Shown here: positions 14,249-27,802 of the stretch, one piece after another | Layout: every line of letters starts with the position of its first letter | How positions within the stretch are numbered: the first letter of the stretch is position 1 | Assembly: GCA_051294375.1 (NCBI GenBank) | Contig: CM119264.1 | Location: forward strand, 11,754,392 to 11,818,391 | Reading direction: 5' to 3' | Length of the DNA: 64,000 bases | Source of the DNA: Paraspadella gotoi | Lineage: Eukaryota; Animalia; Chaetognatha | The notes under the pieces: model-generated | Database searches by the model: none | What the model was told of the DNA's origin: nothing | What the model saw: only the letters and a program-made list of their open reading frames with translations | Made by a program: the position numbers and the translations under genes

Positions 14249-15046
14249 TCTCCATCGCGATTTGGAGTTCGACATCGAATGACATCAAAGACGGTGGCAC
14301 GATTGCTGACAGAGTCGAAAATAGGCCAGATGGAGAACAAAAGAAATAGAAAAAAAAGGAGAGAAAAAAAGGAGGAAAGGAGAAAATAAAAGAACGAATG
14401 TGACCTTGACCAAAATCTGTCCCTTTTTCTCTCATTTTTTTTTTCAGACAAACTGCTATTCCCTTTAATTTCCACTCATTTTGCCAAATAAAGAAACAAT
14501 TATAATTTCTTAAACAATTTATTTATTTATCAACCCATTCATTTGTTTGTTTATAAAATTATTCCGTTATTTTTGCATTCCAGTTTTATTTTCTTTCCAA
14601 TTTTCTTTCTTTCTTTTTTTTTATCGGCTTTCAAGCTCAGTCGTAAACTCTTAAAATTTTTTGGAATTCACGAACCGAAAATTTTATTATACACTCGACA
14701 ATAAAATAGTTTGTTAAAACGGTGTTCGGTAAAAGAAAATCTGTTAAAATTGCCTTAGTGCCATTTGGAATGAAAAGCATTGAGTTTTCCTCCACAGATT
14801 ATCGAAAACCCTCAACTCTATAACAAAATATAACAGAACCGACAAATTCATTCATAAACGAACGTCTTTGACGGAGACTTGTTGTTGTTGTCATTTTTTT
14901 TTTATGTTAAAAGCTTTTCGTTGCTTGAAAACAAATCTCAGTTATCGGACGTGCGCAAGAAAAGGCTTCGAGCGATAAGGTTAGGAATGATGGGGAAAGA
15001 GAGTAAGAGAGAGTCAGATATAGTAATAGTACAAAAATCGGAAGAG

Positions 15047-15082
<36 letters not shown>

Positions 15083-15083
15083 G

Positions 15084-15121
<38 letters not shown>

Positions 15122-16529
15122 AGAGAGAGAGAGAGAGAAAGAGAGACTCTGCAAAACAAATCGAAAACAATTTTAGGAATCGCACTCTGCCCATCTCCCC
15201 TCAACAGCCAACTTTGGTCTGCAAAAGATTTTGTGATTTCCGCGCTCGATAAAAACTGGCGATTGATGTCACGTGTTGTATTCTTTCTGGGTTAAACGGG
15301 ATTGTTGGTAAAATACAAATTCGTTGAGAAGGATGGCACGATCACGATTCTATTGAGCTTGTGCATACTGCATAGTGTAGTTTGGATATAACATCAGGTT
15401 TTTTTTCGCGCAATGCACTAAAAGCATAAAGGGAAGGAAAAAACGAAAGACATAAAAGTGACGGAATAATGGAAGATTAAAAAAAAAAAGAGCATCAGAG
15501 GAAGTAGCACCAGGAAAGCTGTAAAATATTGATAAAGGGGGAAAAAAAAGGAATGAATTATAAGAGGAGAAGGAAAAAAGATGGGAATAAGATGGAGAGA
15601 AAAAAAGGGGGGAAAAAAAAAATTGGCGGCGAGCAAAGTTGTCACGCGCAATCGGAAGACGGAGCCAACGACCTCTAGGCTTATTGACTCTCCCCGACAG
15701 ATTCGCATCCTACCCCACCCCAGGCAACCGGCTTTCCTCTTTCCGAATACTTTCCCTACTTTTTAAAGTGCATTTTTACGTGGAGTTTCAACGTGAAAGG
15801 TTTTTATGCTATCCCGAACCACTTTACCCGTCTGATCTTGGTCGAACTTTGTTACGCCCATTCATCAACCTTGTTCTCTTTATTGTAATCGACCTTTGCT
15901 CACCTGCTTCTTTCCACGTCGTTTAGGGCTCACCTTTTACCCAATATTTCTATCTTTACCTTGACTCTTTACATTGACTCCTCCCCTTCCTTTCAATCTC
16001 CTCCCAATCGCGTCTTAATTAATTATAATTTCTGTCTGCTAATATCTCTCCGCCATCTCCACCCGTTCCCCCTTTCCCTCGCTCGCTCTCGACCCCTCTT
16101 CCGCCGGCCTCTATCGGGCGACGGGCCCCAAATAAAGGTCCCCAAGGTCGTTAACCTGGTCCCCGTTTACATCCGGCCGGAGCATCGGTAAAACGCACTT
16201 TGCCCACATCCGGGACACTTGGCTCCTATTTTTTTTTCCAAACGAGGATTTCTTGCCAGTTTCCTTCCCTCACTTTTTCACGGACCCAACTTTTTTCTTT
16301 CACACGTTTCGTGAGATAGAGAAGCGAGAAGGTTGAGTGGAGGGAAAGGAAAAGCGGCTGCTGGTCACCGTGCGATTTCTGGAAGCGGATGGGTTGTACG
16401 CTGCAATGAGTACGGACTGCGGTTCGTGCTAGCGTAGGTTTTCAAAGAGTAAACAGAAAAATTTAGCAAGAGTTTATCGACTACTAATTCAATTCAAAAT
16501 TCTCTCTCTCTTCTCTCTTCTCTCTCTCT

Positions 16530-16600
<71 letters not shown>

Positions 16601-16785
16601 CCAAAGCGAAATGAATTTGAAATAACTGCGTAAAAAAAAAAAGTATATATATACGTTTATTGTGGTAGATGTTGATGTGAGGAAGAGGTTGTGACTTAAT
16701 GGAAATGATAACTCGCTAAAACTTTGGCTGATAAAACTCTTCGCTGCTTTATAATGTGATGTGATGTGAGAGAGAGAGAAGAGAG

Positions 16786-16856
<71 letters not shown>

Positions 16857-17163
16857 CATCCGTTGTTCGAACTTCATAGGTTGATGGATCGTTTGTTGAT
16901 GTCCGGTTTCCGCCTGGGCTGCTGGGGGACGTGGCCGAACGACCGGCGGAGGGCATCGATCCGGCTGCCGGTGGCCCCGGCTGCCGGTGGCCCCGGCTGT
17001 GGTGGCGCCGGCGCAAGACGGCGGCAGCTGCGTCGGCGGCGTCGGGGACGACGCTGGCAGTTAAGTAAACATCGGCGCCGAATTCATAAACGTAAATCAT
17101 TTTTCCAGGCGAGTGATTTTTCTTCGTCGCATCATCATCTCCACAACAAAGACGCGGAAAGTC

Positions 17164-17245
17164 GTCTCCTTGGTTACGACGCAACGAGTTACTTCGTCGT
17201 CGCTTAGTGACGACCTGACTTGCTACTTCGTCGTTGCTAGGTGAC
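17164..17245. promoter_or_regulatory. Cluster of three RFX X-box-like motifs
   Basis: GTCTCCTTGGTTAC (17164-17177), GTCGCTTAGTGAC (17199-17211), GTTGCTAGGTGAC (17233-17245). Confidence 0.4.
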
Positions 17246-18916
17246 GAAGTAATGTGTTACTTCGTCGTTGGGAGAAGATGACGTTGATGGTGATGGCGCG
17301 ACGATTTGCGAAGGAACAGTTTTAAAGAAATAATTGACATTACAGATAATGTTAGCAAATGACTAAAAAGGAATTTCGCGATTCGTTACTTTACTTTTGC
17401 CTATTCCATTACGTCTGCATGTGGCGACACATTCACTATCGCCACCCGCCAGAGTCGGCTCGGAACTGCAAATACAATACTTGCGACGCCGACTGCAATG
17501 TCAACATTGACGTCGACTGTGAGACTCACAGAGACTGTCAATCGAGCGGACAAAACGGAAGAGCGGTTGGAACTAAACGATTACTGTCTAAACGTGGATG
17601 AAGTAGAAACTTGATGCAACGAGATAAAATAAAGAGGGAGAACAACAATCGTGGTTTTTGTTTTGTTTTTTTCATTCTCTTTTTGCCAATGATAAAGCAC
17701 TTGAGAACGACAAATAAATAAGCGGGGTCAGGTATTTTATCGGTTTCACAAGGAATCAAGACAGGATACGTTTTTTTAATTAAAGGGAAAAAAATTGACA
17801 GCGTGATGAGGCGATCAGCAATGCTGAGCCGGTGCTACCCGCTGTTTTTTTTTTCGGAAGCGTTTATGGTCCTGAAAGAATAAATTCGGAAGAAATAAAG
17901 CCTTATTTCTCATTCCTTCGCCATAAACTGCTCCGGGTTCGATAAACAATCTACCCTTTAGTGTTTGTTTTCTTCCTTTTATCTCGTTTAGCCATCGCAG
18001 GCCGTCGCTAGCTTGTCCGGCGCAGAATTTTTTCGATAACTGCTGCTCGCTTTCAGCACGGCACTCCGTCGCACGCACAGCGGGCCTTTACACGCACATC
18101 GCGCGTTATTTCGTTGCCTAACAGCTAGAGCGGCTCGGGCTTTTGACGCTGTCACGGGATCGTGGCACGCGCGAGCGACAAGTGCGATCGTGACACCGAA
18201 AGACCGATAGATTTACATGGGAAGGGAAGAGATTTGACGGACGAATTGGGTAGAGATGGAAAGGAAAAGGGGGGGCGTCAGACGCGGTTAAAGGGAGGGG
18301 GGGATTGTTGACAAGTGGGTAAACGACACGACGTTAGGATTTCCGCTCTCATTCGTCGATCAAAGGCGAAAAATCGGTTGACCCTCTCGCTTCAGCCGCC
18401 GCAGCCGCTGCTGTCCAGTTTGCTCCTTTCGCTGATGCTGTCGCGTCGCCTTTTTTCGGAGGGTGATGATTTTTATGGTTGTTGTGGTCGACGCTGACTA
18501 GATTATCGTTTTTGTTGTATTTGCTTTTCTTCTTTGGGTGTCAACAGTTAAATGTTTCCTGTTCCTTTGCTCTTCCATTGCTCCTTCATTCCCTTTTTTG
18601 CTACTTAACAGTCTTTCCTTCTTTGCTCCACTGCTCCAGCCTCTTTGGCTCCTATTTGTTATATCTCTCCTCCTGTCTTTCATTTTTTCCCTTCCTTTTT
18701 TTCGCCCATCTTTTCTCGTTTCGGTGAAAGGTTTTCGCTTTCCGTCTCGTCCCAAAAATCTCCACACATCCTCGGAATTTACTGTTTCGAAAGAGTCTTC
18801 CACGTCACCAGCCAACATTCTTCAATGGTGTATTGTGCGTAGAACTTCTATCACAAGCCGCCGTTTTTACTCTACTTTCTCTCTTTCTCTCTCTCTCTAT
18901 CTCTCTCTCTCTCACA

Positions 18917-18959
<43 letters not shown>

Positions 18960-19582
18960 CTGGATTTAGTAAAATACCAATACATCTCATTTTCCTGTCA
19001 CACAGAAGTGGCTTTCGGACTTGGCTCAGGCCATTACGCCGTTCTTGCTCGATCAGTTCCTTGAGAGTTTCACCAGATTCATTCCTGTAAGTCACATCGA
19101 GATGGGGAAGATTGGGGCGTGTCGGACCACCGTCGGGCTAAATATATACAGAAATATCATTTTCAGGACGAAAGTCTGTGTAGCGTAGCTTGCGTAGCGT
19201 AGCGTGCCTCGCCGTGACGCTGCGCGTTCGAACACTACGACGCCCGAGGGAGAAATCTCGAGGATTTATTAATTTCCCTGCCGAACGTAATTAGCCTCGT
19301 TGAGTTTTTAATCGCAGGCGAAATTCGGGGAGCCTGAATCGTTGGCCGGGGACCCGCCGTGGATGAGCGAATCCCCGGCCGGGGATAACTTTTGTTCTTG
19401 TTGCCCGAAAAAAAGGTTTACGACGATATATAGAAGAGGGTTTTACTTAAATCGACGTGATGATGGAAGAAAAAGCAAAAAGAGCTGTTTCATTGAATAT
19501 CTTTGTGTGTGTGTCAATCTCTCTCTCTCTCTCTCTCAGTCTCTCTCTCTTCTCTCCTCTCTCTCGTCTCTCTCATCTCTCT

Positions 19583-19621
<39 letters not shown>

Positions 19622-20751
19622 GTCTCCTCCTTTTTTTAAGTTTTCCCTCGAGAGTCTTTTCCAATCTTTGATCGTCGAGCATTTGTTGATTGTTGTTTAC
19701 TTCCCAATGTTTGTTTACTTCGCGGTAAAGAGTCTAACCTCGTGGGAAGAAATAAAACTTTTCTGAGGCTTATCTTTTAATCATCTTGGGAAAAAAAGAA
19801 TGCAAATGTTACTTTATTTAGTTACTTTTTAATTGATATTTCGTTTTAACCATTCTAATCAACTTTCGACGGTTTGCCTCTACTATTCGCCTTCTCTTGA
19901 TTAAATAATAGTATTCATCTATTGACTCAAAATTGAAAAAAGACAATTTGACTGACTCTATTTACTGACTCATCAATAGAGATAATTTTTTTTTCTAATC
20001 ATCATTTTATTATATACAACCAATATGTAAGTACTCGCCGCGCAACGACGAAAAAAAAAGAAAAGGAATTGATGAAGGAATGATAAAAGAAAGATGAAAA
20101 AAAGAGGCAAGAATAAAATAGTAAAGAATGAAAGAGAGAAAAAAAAATAAAGAGCGCAAAGAGTAAAGGAAAGGTAGGAATAAAGGTAAAGGAGGAATAA
20201 AAAAAAGAAAGGAAGGACGAAGAAGAATCTTGGGAAAAACTTCTCCAAGTGCGAGAGAGGACGAAATAAAAAATTGAGGCTGAGGTAAGGTCGTTAGTGA
20301 TGGATACGCATTGGTGAGGCTGAGGAGGAGGAGAAGGAAGAAGCGAAAAAGAATGAAGGGTTCCAGACCGGGGGCAGGGGTGAAAGGGTCAGGTCATGAT
20401 GATGGATACGAAAAGGTAAGATGAAGAAGGACGGAGGAAACCCAGAAACTTTTGTACGAAGGAAAGGGGGAGGAGATTTTGGGGAAATGTTGGAGAGTGA
20501 TCGAAGAGGATAATGTGTGGGTAAATGGGTAGGGCTATTGTCATGAGGTATAAACAAAGTATATCGGTCATCTATTGAGATGTCAATAATGCAATTTTGT
20601 TAAAAGACAACGGTGGTGGGAACGAGTAAATGGAGGACACCGAGAGAACGGTATGAAATGAGTTGAGAAGGAATGGGAAGAAATAAGACGAGGTTGACAG
20701 ACGAAGAAATCGCTTCGCACTCGGATGGAATCACAGAACTTTGTTGGAAAC

Positions 20752-20787
<36 letters not shown>

Positions 20788-21312
20788 AAGAGTCGCGAGG
20801 GTGGAGCGGGAGGCAATGGAGCGGAAAGTCGCCAGAGAAAGAAAGGAGCAGCGAGGGAAATCCAGGGACGTGAAAGAGAAATTGTGCAGCGATCTAGAAG
20901 AAAGGTAATGACGAATACAAAAGAATCTAGTTGAAATGCAAAGTGAAATTTCTACTGTGACGTGGGCAATTTGTCCCGACCTTTCACTGCGATACGACCA
21001 GGTGTGCCGTCGGATGTGGGTGGGGGAGGGGGGCTGTAGAGAAGGGGGGGTGGATGAGAATGAAATAAACTCCAAACCCAGGGAGAGATAAAAACCAACG
21101 CATTGAAAAAGATTGAAGTTCTTGTAGTTTTTGCGAATCTTCGAGACTCGCTCGTGGCATACTTTTAAAACAACCGTACGTACATTTCAGAACTACGTTG
21201 TAGTCGAGAAATAGTATCGTAATTGCACCATCGATGATTTTCGGCTAGAAAATAAAGCTCATCATTTTGGAGAGAGAGAGAGAAAGAGAGAGAGATGAGG
21301 AGAGAGAGAGAG

Positions 21313-21401
21313 AATTTGAATTTTTGAATTTATTCAATGGGGCTTTAGGCACAAAACAAAACAATAGGCCATAAAAAAGCTACTTTATTACATTTAAGTC
21401 T

Positions 21402-21402
<1 letters not shown>
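21313..21402 (-). mobile_element. 5'-truncated 3'-end fragment of the same LINE family, embedded in (GA)n
   Basis: 'aatttgaatttttgaatttattcaatggggctttaggcacaaaacaaaacaataggccataaaaaagctactttattacatttaagtc' aligns with 37776-37858, differing mainly by small indels; flanked by GA repeats on both sides (21270-21312 and 21402-21482). Confidence 0.9.
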
Positions 21403-21484
<82 letters not shown>

Positions 21485-24400
21485 TTGCTTGAATAGTTGG
21501 TCGATCGCAGAAGGTCACGTGTGGTAATTTACTCATTTGTCTTAAATTTGACCTAGCCCTACTAGATGCCAATTTTTTAAAAGGATTAGCTTTGTTGATG
21601 AGGGAAAACTACAGAGGAAATTGCAAAGATGGGAAAGGGATTCGAATATAGGCGATGACAGAGAGTGAACCCAAGCACAACTCTTCTTGAATCTTGTATA
21701 TAAATATTGGTGGCAAAGAAAGCGTCGGGACAATGAGTGAGGTCTGGGCAGAAAAAAGGCGGCTCTCGATAAAAAAAAAAAAAATATTAGACGTTCCAGA
21801 AAGGAAAAAAAAAACGCCCAAAGTAGAAGGGAAGAAAGAATTTAAACAAAAAAACATGAAAATGAAAAAAAGAAGAAAGAAATATCAAAAAAGAAAAAGA
21901 AAAATATTTGTAAAAAAACGAAAAGTTTTCTTTCCATTTCCCTTTTTTTTTTTATTACTGACGAACCTCGGTTTCGTTGTTTCGTTTTCTTCCTTCTTTC
22001 CATTTATCAAAAAGACGGAAACCACCTGAGGAAGCGGCCGGAGAAAACTGGGACCATGGTTGCCATGGTGATTGGAGACTCGCCGAACGGGGCGGGAGAT
22101 GGCCTCGAGGGATGGTTTGGGGTTCGTCCGGAGGGGTGGGTCTTGGAGTGGCCGACAACGCGATGGCAGCGCGAGAGTCTCGGAAGGTAAGGGGGAGGGG
22201 CTAATGGTAAAGGCCTCAATGAGAAGGGGGCTACGATCGACGAAGTTGGGTCAGTGGGTGGGCTTTGTTGATGTAAAAAAAAAAGGCGGGAGTCGAAAGA
22301 GAGCGCGACAGAGAAGAGGAAAATAAGATAAAAACATTGGAAAACGAAGGTAAAAAATTCGGAAGAGTGGGGAATACGTGTCCTTACCATTTTTGGTGTT
22401 TGTCTTAGAACTGGAACGTTGATGGATAAATGATCGTTGGATGGTGTTTGAATGATGGGTTAACGACGATAACGCTGAACCCTCGTAGATTTTATCTTTT
22501 TATATTCAAATCTTTATTGAGGAATGTATGCAAAAACGAATCTGTTCCACGGATTATCTTAACAGAGTACGGTGCTGAATTCAAATGGAATTCGAATTAG
22601 CGAAAAGCGAGACCACCTGCGACTTTGGCGGTTCCATGTCTCGGTACTTTTTTATCGACTATGAAAAGCCTTCACATTGCTTAAAATTGCCACTCAAATA
22701 ACCTCTACTAATTTTTTTTTTAAATGGCGTTTTTGACTATGGGTTTTAATTTCTGAAACAAAATATTCAGCCGTGACAATGTTTTCTGATATCCACTTGG
22801 TTGACGAAATAGGCGAATCTTCGTTCTCTCATTATCTGTCGTTTCGCACAAAACGATTAAAGTGAAGTGGAGCCGCCTGTTGTTCTCATCCAAATTAACG
22901 ACGACGGCTTCGAAGGCGAACACGGTCCGCCAAAAGCGGCCCGCCGCAGCCGGCACGACGAAGCCGCCAGAGTTTGTTTGTTTTGATTCGAAGGTCAAAG
23001 GAGGAAGAAAAAAAAATGGCGTCGGTTCAGATGGGATTTGGGAAGCGCTAGAAAGGAAAGGGGGGGGTGAGGGAAAAAGCGGCTTGAGGTGGTCGCTGAA
23101 CATCGTGATCGATCTATGACAAGAGGAGCTTGTGCGGCGAAGGACTAGATGGAAGATGGTTGGAGAGGTTGGAGAGGAACGCAGAAACCAATTTCGTAAT
23201 ATTGCAAAATTTTTTAACGAGGTAAGAGCGTGTTATGATCGTATTATGATCGTTTGTAATGTGTCGCGACTTGAACTAGTCGTAAATGGTTTTATATTAA
23301 AAAGGAAGAAGGATAGAAGAAAAAGCAAGACGAAATAAAGATTGATCATAGAAATAAAAAAGAAAAAAAGAAGAAAAAGGAAAGAAAGAAAAGAGGAAGG
23401 AAGGCATAACATTTTGAAAAATGGAGATCCTCGCTCCAAATGGGGAAGAGGGGCTGTCAGGTGAGGAAGTGAGTGATAGAGAGGGGGTTGGGCGTGGAGA
23501 TTTGTCGTCGTTCAGGCCCTTAGATCAAAAACGTCCACAAGAACTAGACCGTATTTTTTCCATTTTTTTCATAACAGAAATGTCTTTTTCTTTTGAGCAA
23601 AAAACTTTCGTTCCAAAACGAGAACAGACAGTGAAACTTCTTTAACACGAAAATGGAAATGTACGGGAGATATCTTTACTGAATGATATCCGAATCTAAA
23701 TACAAATAAAACTTATTTGAACGTTAAGTATGTTTAAACATTTAGTAAACACTCCCTTTTATCAAGAAATCAAAACTTTATAAAAATACCTATGCATATG
23801 AAAATTTTTTTTTTCTTGAACGGCAGCGACATTTCTGGCTCAGAGATCAGAAAGACATATTGAATTTATTCTCTTTTTTTTTCTTCTATTTTTGCTTTAA
23901 ATCGAAAGGCGACATTAAAAGCGAACGAGGTCCGTCGCTCGGAATGATCGACGCCGATACAACTTTGTTTGTCTTCATCTTTGTCCTTTTCTTCTTCTTT
24001 ATGTCTTCTTCTTTTATCCTTTCCGTCTTCAGTGTCTTCTTCTCTGGTTTACTGTTTCTCTCATTTTAATCCATTACATACAGTTTATTAAATTTATTAT
24101 TTTGCTAATTGCCCTGTTTACATCGATTCATTAATTGATTATTTTTTATTTCGCTTTCTTTTTTTACATTGTACTTTCATATTTTTTTCTCTTCGAGCCC
24201 TTCATACTAACTTTTTTTGTTTTTGAATTTATTTTTTGTAATATCACAGAAAAAAAAATTATTTGATTATTTTTTACATTTTCTCTGCATTTTTTTTAAA
24301 CTCAATTCCCTTTCCATAGCTTATGATAACTTTGCTTCGTGTCTTCCTTCCTTTCCTTTCTTCCTTTCTTCCTTCAATCAATGCATCTTCATCCTTTGGC

Positions 24401-25774
24401 CTTTTCTCTTTCTCCTCTCGATCATCTTTCCTCCATCTCTGCTTCCCCCCGCTCCTATGCTCCTCCTTCTTTCCTGGCCATTATTAAACCGCCATAGCCG
24501 GACCATCCAAGAAAAAAAAAGAAAGAAGATCATAAGAGAAGAAGAAAAAAAAGGGATAAAAAAAATGGAAACCATAATAGGCCCTTAATGGGCGGATCGT
24601 TAGCGCAGGCAGAGCTGGAGACATCTAATTTCTCCTGAGAAGTGGATACATTAGAAAATCTTTGTCGTTGCTTAAGGGGACCGCGTTCTCGCCAGACGGT
24701 AACGCGATGGGAGAAATTATCGAAGGCGGATTAGGAGGCGAGGGGGGAGGGGGAAGGGGCCTGGATGTGAAGAGGTCGGGGTTCGTGTTTGAAAAAAAGG
24801 GTGGGTTGCGCAAGTGGGCGTGGCATCTGAAAAAACGATCATAACCAAAGGAGGAGACGATTTAATTCGCGGTCTTTCGTTCTTTTATTTTGTTCGTTTA
24901 TTCGTTTGTTCTTTCGTTCCTTTGTCCCTTCGTTTATTCCCTCGTTAATTCCCTGGTTTGTTCGTTTTTCACAATTTTTTTTTTTAAAATGGGATAATAA
25001 CTGAAATTTTTAATTGCTTCGAATTTAATTGGCAATCTAATTTGTCCTCCTCGTCGTCTTCTTTGTCATCGTGATCGTCGTATTCGTCGATTTCCGTCAC
25101 CCCCCCCCAAAAAAAAACGTGTTGAAATTGGCCCCGCGCTCGAATCCTCATCGACAACCGCTTCCGCTCAATCAATCAGATCCGCCGCCGATAAAACTGC
25201 CGCCGTCGCCGCCGACGCCGCCCATGCAGTCGTCGTCCCCGTCGACTCGACGAATCTGGAATTCTTCTTTAAATCCGCTCTTTTTAGGGTTACGCTTTAA
25301 AATTAAATGAGCCATAAGTGAAAATTCCCGTTGTGTCATCCAAAGAAGTAATTCTCGTCGGGCACTATTTTCTGTTCCTCATCCCTAATCAATTTTAATT
25401 ATACGATCGTCTTGTACCAAATGATTTATTCAATCTTTAACCTTCATCACTAACCATCAGTCTATCCCAAATCCCTAACCTAATTCCCAATCTGATTCTT
25501 ATCCTAACCACTAGGACGGAACAGGTTACAAACTAACAGAAGTCCGGTATAAATATTGTTAATGTGTTTATTAAAGATCGTGAAAATCAAAAAAAATTTA
25601 GATTTAATTTGTAGACATAGTAAAAGGACTTTCGTTTCCTTGCGTTTTGAAATTGAGAGAGAAAACAAAGTTTGTTTTTTGTTTACAAACAACGAAGAAC
25701 AAACTCTCTCAAGATTTATTTTATAGTTAAATGTATGGAAGCTATTTTACATTATACTAATACTATATAATGTT

Positions 25775-25850
25775 AATAAACGAGAGGGTTTTTAAAGTCA
25801 ACAACGATTTTTATTTTGTTGTTGACTATAAAAAAACCCTCTCGTTTATT
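25775..25850. repeat. Near-perfect inverted repeat (31-33-bp arms, 12-nt loop); tiny MITE or foldback
   Basis: AATAAACGAGAGGGTTTTTAAAGTCAACAAC ... GTTGTTGACTATAAAAAAACCCTCTCGTTTATT. Confidence 0.9.
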
Positions 25851-26342
25851 CACTAACGCAATAAAAAGAAAGAAATAAAAACATAATATATAATTTAAAA
25901 ATTTTTTTTTCAGAAATTTTACTTTTTATTAATAGATTCTGATAGAGCTAAAAAGTTATATGAAGGTTATTATTACAACTTTTAATAATCTTTAAACTGG
26001 GTCATGCTTATATGCCAGGTAACTTGTCGCAATACCCAACTAAAATTAATTTCATTCTGATTTTGTACTGAAATGAGCTACATATGGAAAATAAGGCCAA
26101 TTTTTTTAAGGTCAGAAAATTTTGAGAGAAAAAAAAAGGCAGAAAAAACCATTTGGGTTCTGATTGAACCCGTTCATGAGCAAAACGCGCGATTTCAAAC
26201 GCAAAAAAAAAAAAAAAAAAAATCAGAAAGAGTTTTTTTTATTTTTAGAAGAAAATTTTTCCCAATTTTATTTTCTGTTTTTTTCTCCATGTTTTTTTTT
26301 CTCTCCTATTTTCTTTCTTTATTCTCGACGCGTCAAACGCAT

Positions 26343-26376
26343 TCAGTTCGGCAACAATCATCTTCTCTCGCGGACC
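26343..26376 (+). promoter_or_regulatory. Candidate Inr + DPE core promoter (+1 at 26345)
   Basis: CATTCAGTT (TCA+1GTY) with GGACC (RGWYV) at exactly +28 to +32; a (GA)n tract lies about 95 nt downstream. Short motifs, so a chance match is plausible. Confidence 0.3.
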
Positions 26377-26452
26377 AAGAAGCAGATTTGCTTCTACGCC
26401 TTTGTCGAATTCGGACAAAAGAAGGGAGAGGGGGGAGGGAGAGAGAGCGATG

Positions 26453-26513
<61 letters not shown>

Positions 26514-26875
26514 TATGTGTGTGTGTTAGAGGGAGGAGAGAAAGTGATAGAAAGATTTCAAAAAAAGGAAAAAAATACAACTCGGGAGGGGAGAAAAAAT
26601 AAAAAGGGACGATGATGAAAGAAAAATTTGTAAAAGAGGAAAAAGGCGATGGGAACGAGGGATTTTCTGAGAAACCGCGAAAAACCAAAACAACAACATA
26701 TAGAGCATCAACTGCGGCGTCATCACCAACAACATACGCACTACGTAAACNNNNNNNNNNTTCTTGTCCCGATGAGGAAGGGAGCGTTTGACCCAATTGA
26801 ATTTCGGGCAGACGGACGGAGGACTGTCACTCAAACCAGAAACGTTTGAAACATTATTGGATTCTGGGCGGATGA

Positions 26876-26876
26876 A

Positions 26877-26956
<80 letters not shown>

Positions 26957-26958
26957 AA
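26876..26958. repeat. (GAAA)n microsatellite (second tract at ~33978-34074)
   Basis: Direct observation. Confidence 0.98.
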
Positions 26959-27697
26959 AAAGGAAAATAAAAGAAAAGAAACAAACAAAAAAACAAACAA
27001 AAAACGGTTTGTTCCCCGCTATTCATAATAAGGAGCATTGAAAAGCCCGCCAAGATTCGGTGGAGTTTTTTAAGAGAAGCAGCCATGGAAAACAACGCAT
27101 CTTTCAAAACGAGTAATAGAGAAAGAGAAAGAATTAAAGATTCTAAATAAATAAGTGCGAATTTTTCGGTTTGGGGAATATCAAAATCCCAACTCTCAGC
27201 ACGCGATTTCATTTTATCATTATTTTTTTTTCGTCTGGAAATAAAAAAAAATAGGCGGGCAAAGACAGAACGCAAATAATGAATATTTTAATAATTCATT
27301 CTTTGGGAAATCATAAATTCGCGCGGAGAAAAGAAATCGCTTCACTGCAGAAAAAAAGAAAAAGAAACATAGTTGTGATATATAATTATAAAAGAATTGA
27401 AAATAAGCATTTTGTGAAAGCTGATCAGTGCTAACATTTCTTTTTATCTCCCTCTTTTTTTCATTATAAATAAGTTTTCCCTTTCCCTCTTTCTAATTCT
27501 CCCTCTCTCTTAATTTACTTTGGTCATTCACGTATCGCAATTGAGTTTTCTCTCTCATAATCCAATTAACGTTCTTCATTTCCCTTCATCTGCCTCCCCG
27601 CTAATTGTTTAGATATGACGTATTTTGCTTCAGATATCGATTTTTTATTCTTTTTTTTTTTCTTTCAATTCGATTCGGTTTTCTTCGCTTCTCTTAG

Positions 27698-27802
27698 GAA
27701 GCCGTCGCGAGCACCGCCAACCATCCGTTGAGTTGGTCATTGGCGCGAGATGCAGGATACAGTTTCGTGCCTGAAGAAGAAGATGCTGACTCCAAATTGT
27801 AA
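27698..27802 (+). CDS. Candidate terminal exon ending in -SKL*
   Basis: Acceptor 'ttttcttcgcttctcttag|'; phase 0 reads EAVASTANHPLSWSLARDAGYSFVPEEEDADSKL-stop; AATAAA at 27872-27877. Confidence 0.25.
   Translation, partial: EAVASTANHPLSWSLARDAGYSFVPEEEDADSKL

Noticed and set aside
16696-17207. 162-aa and 114-aa ORFs
   Set aside because: GC-rich stop-poor sequence that runs into (GA)n; better explained as a regulatory island.
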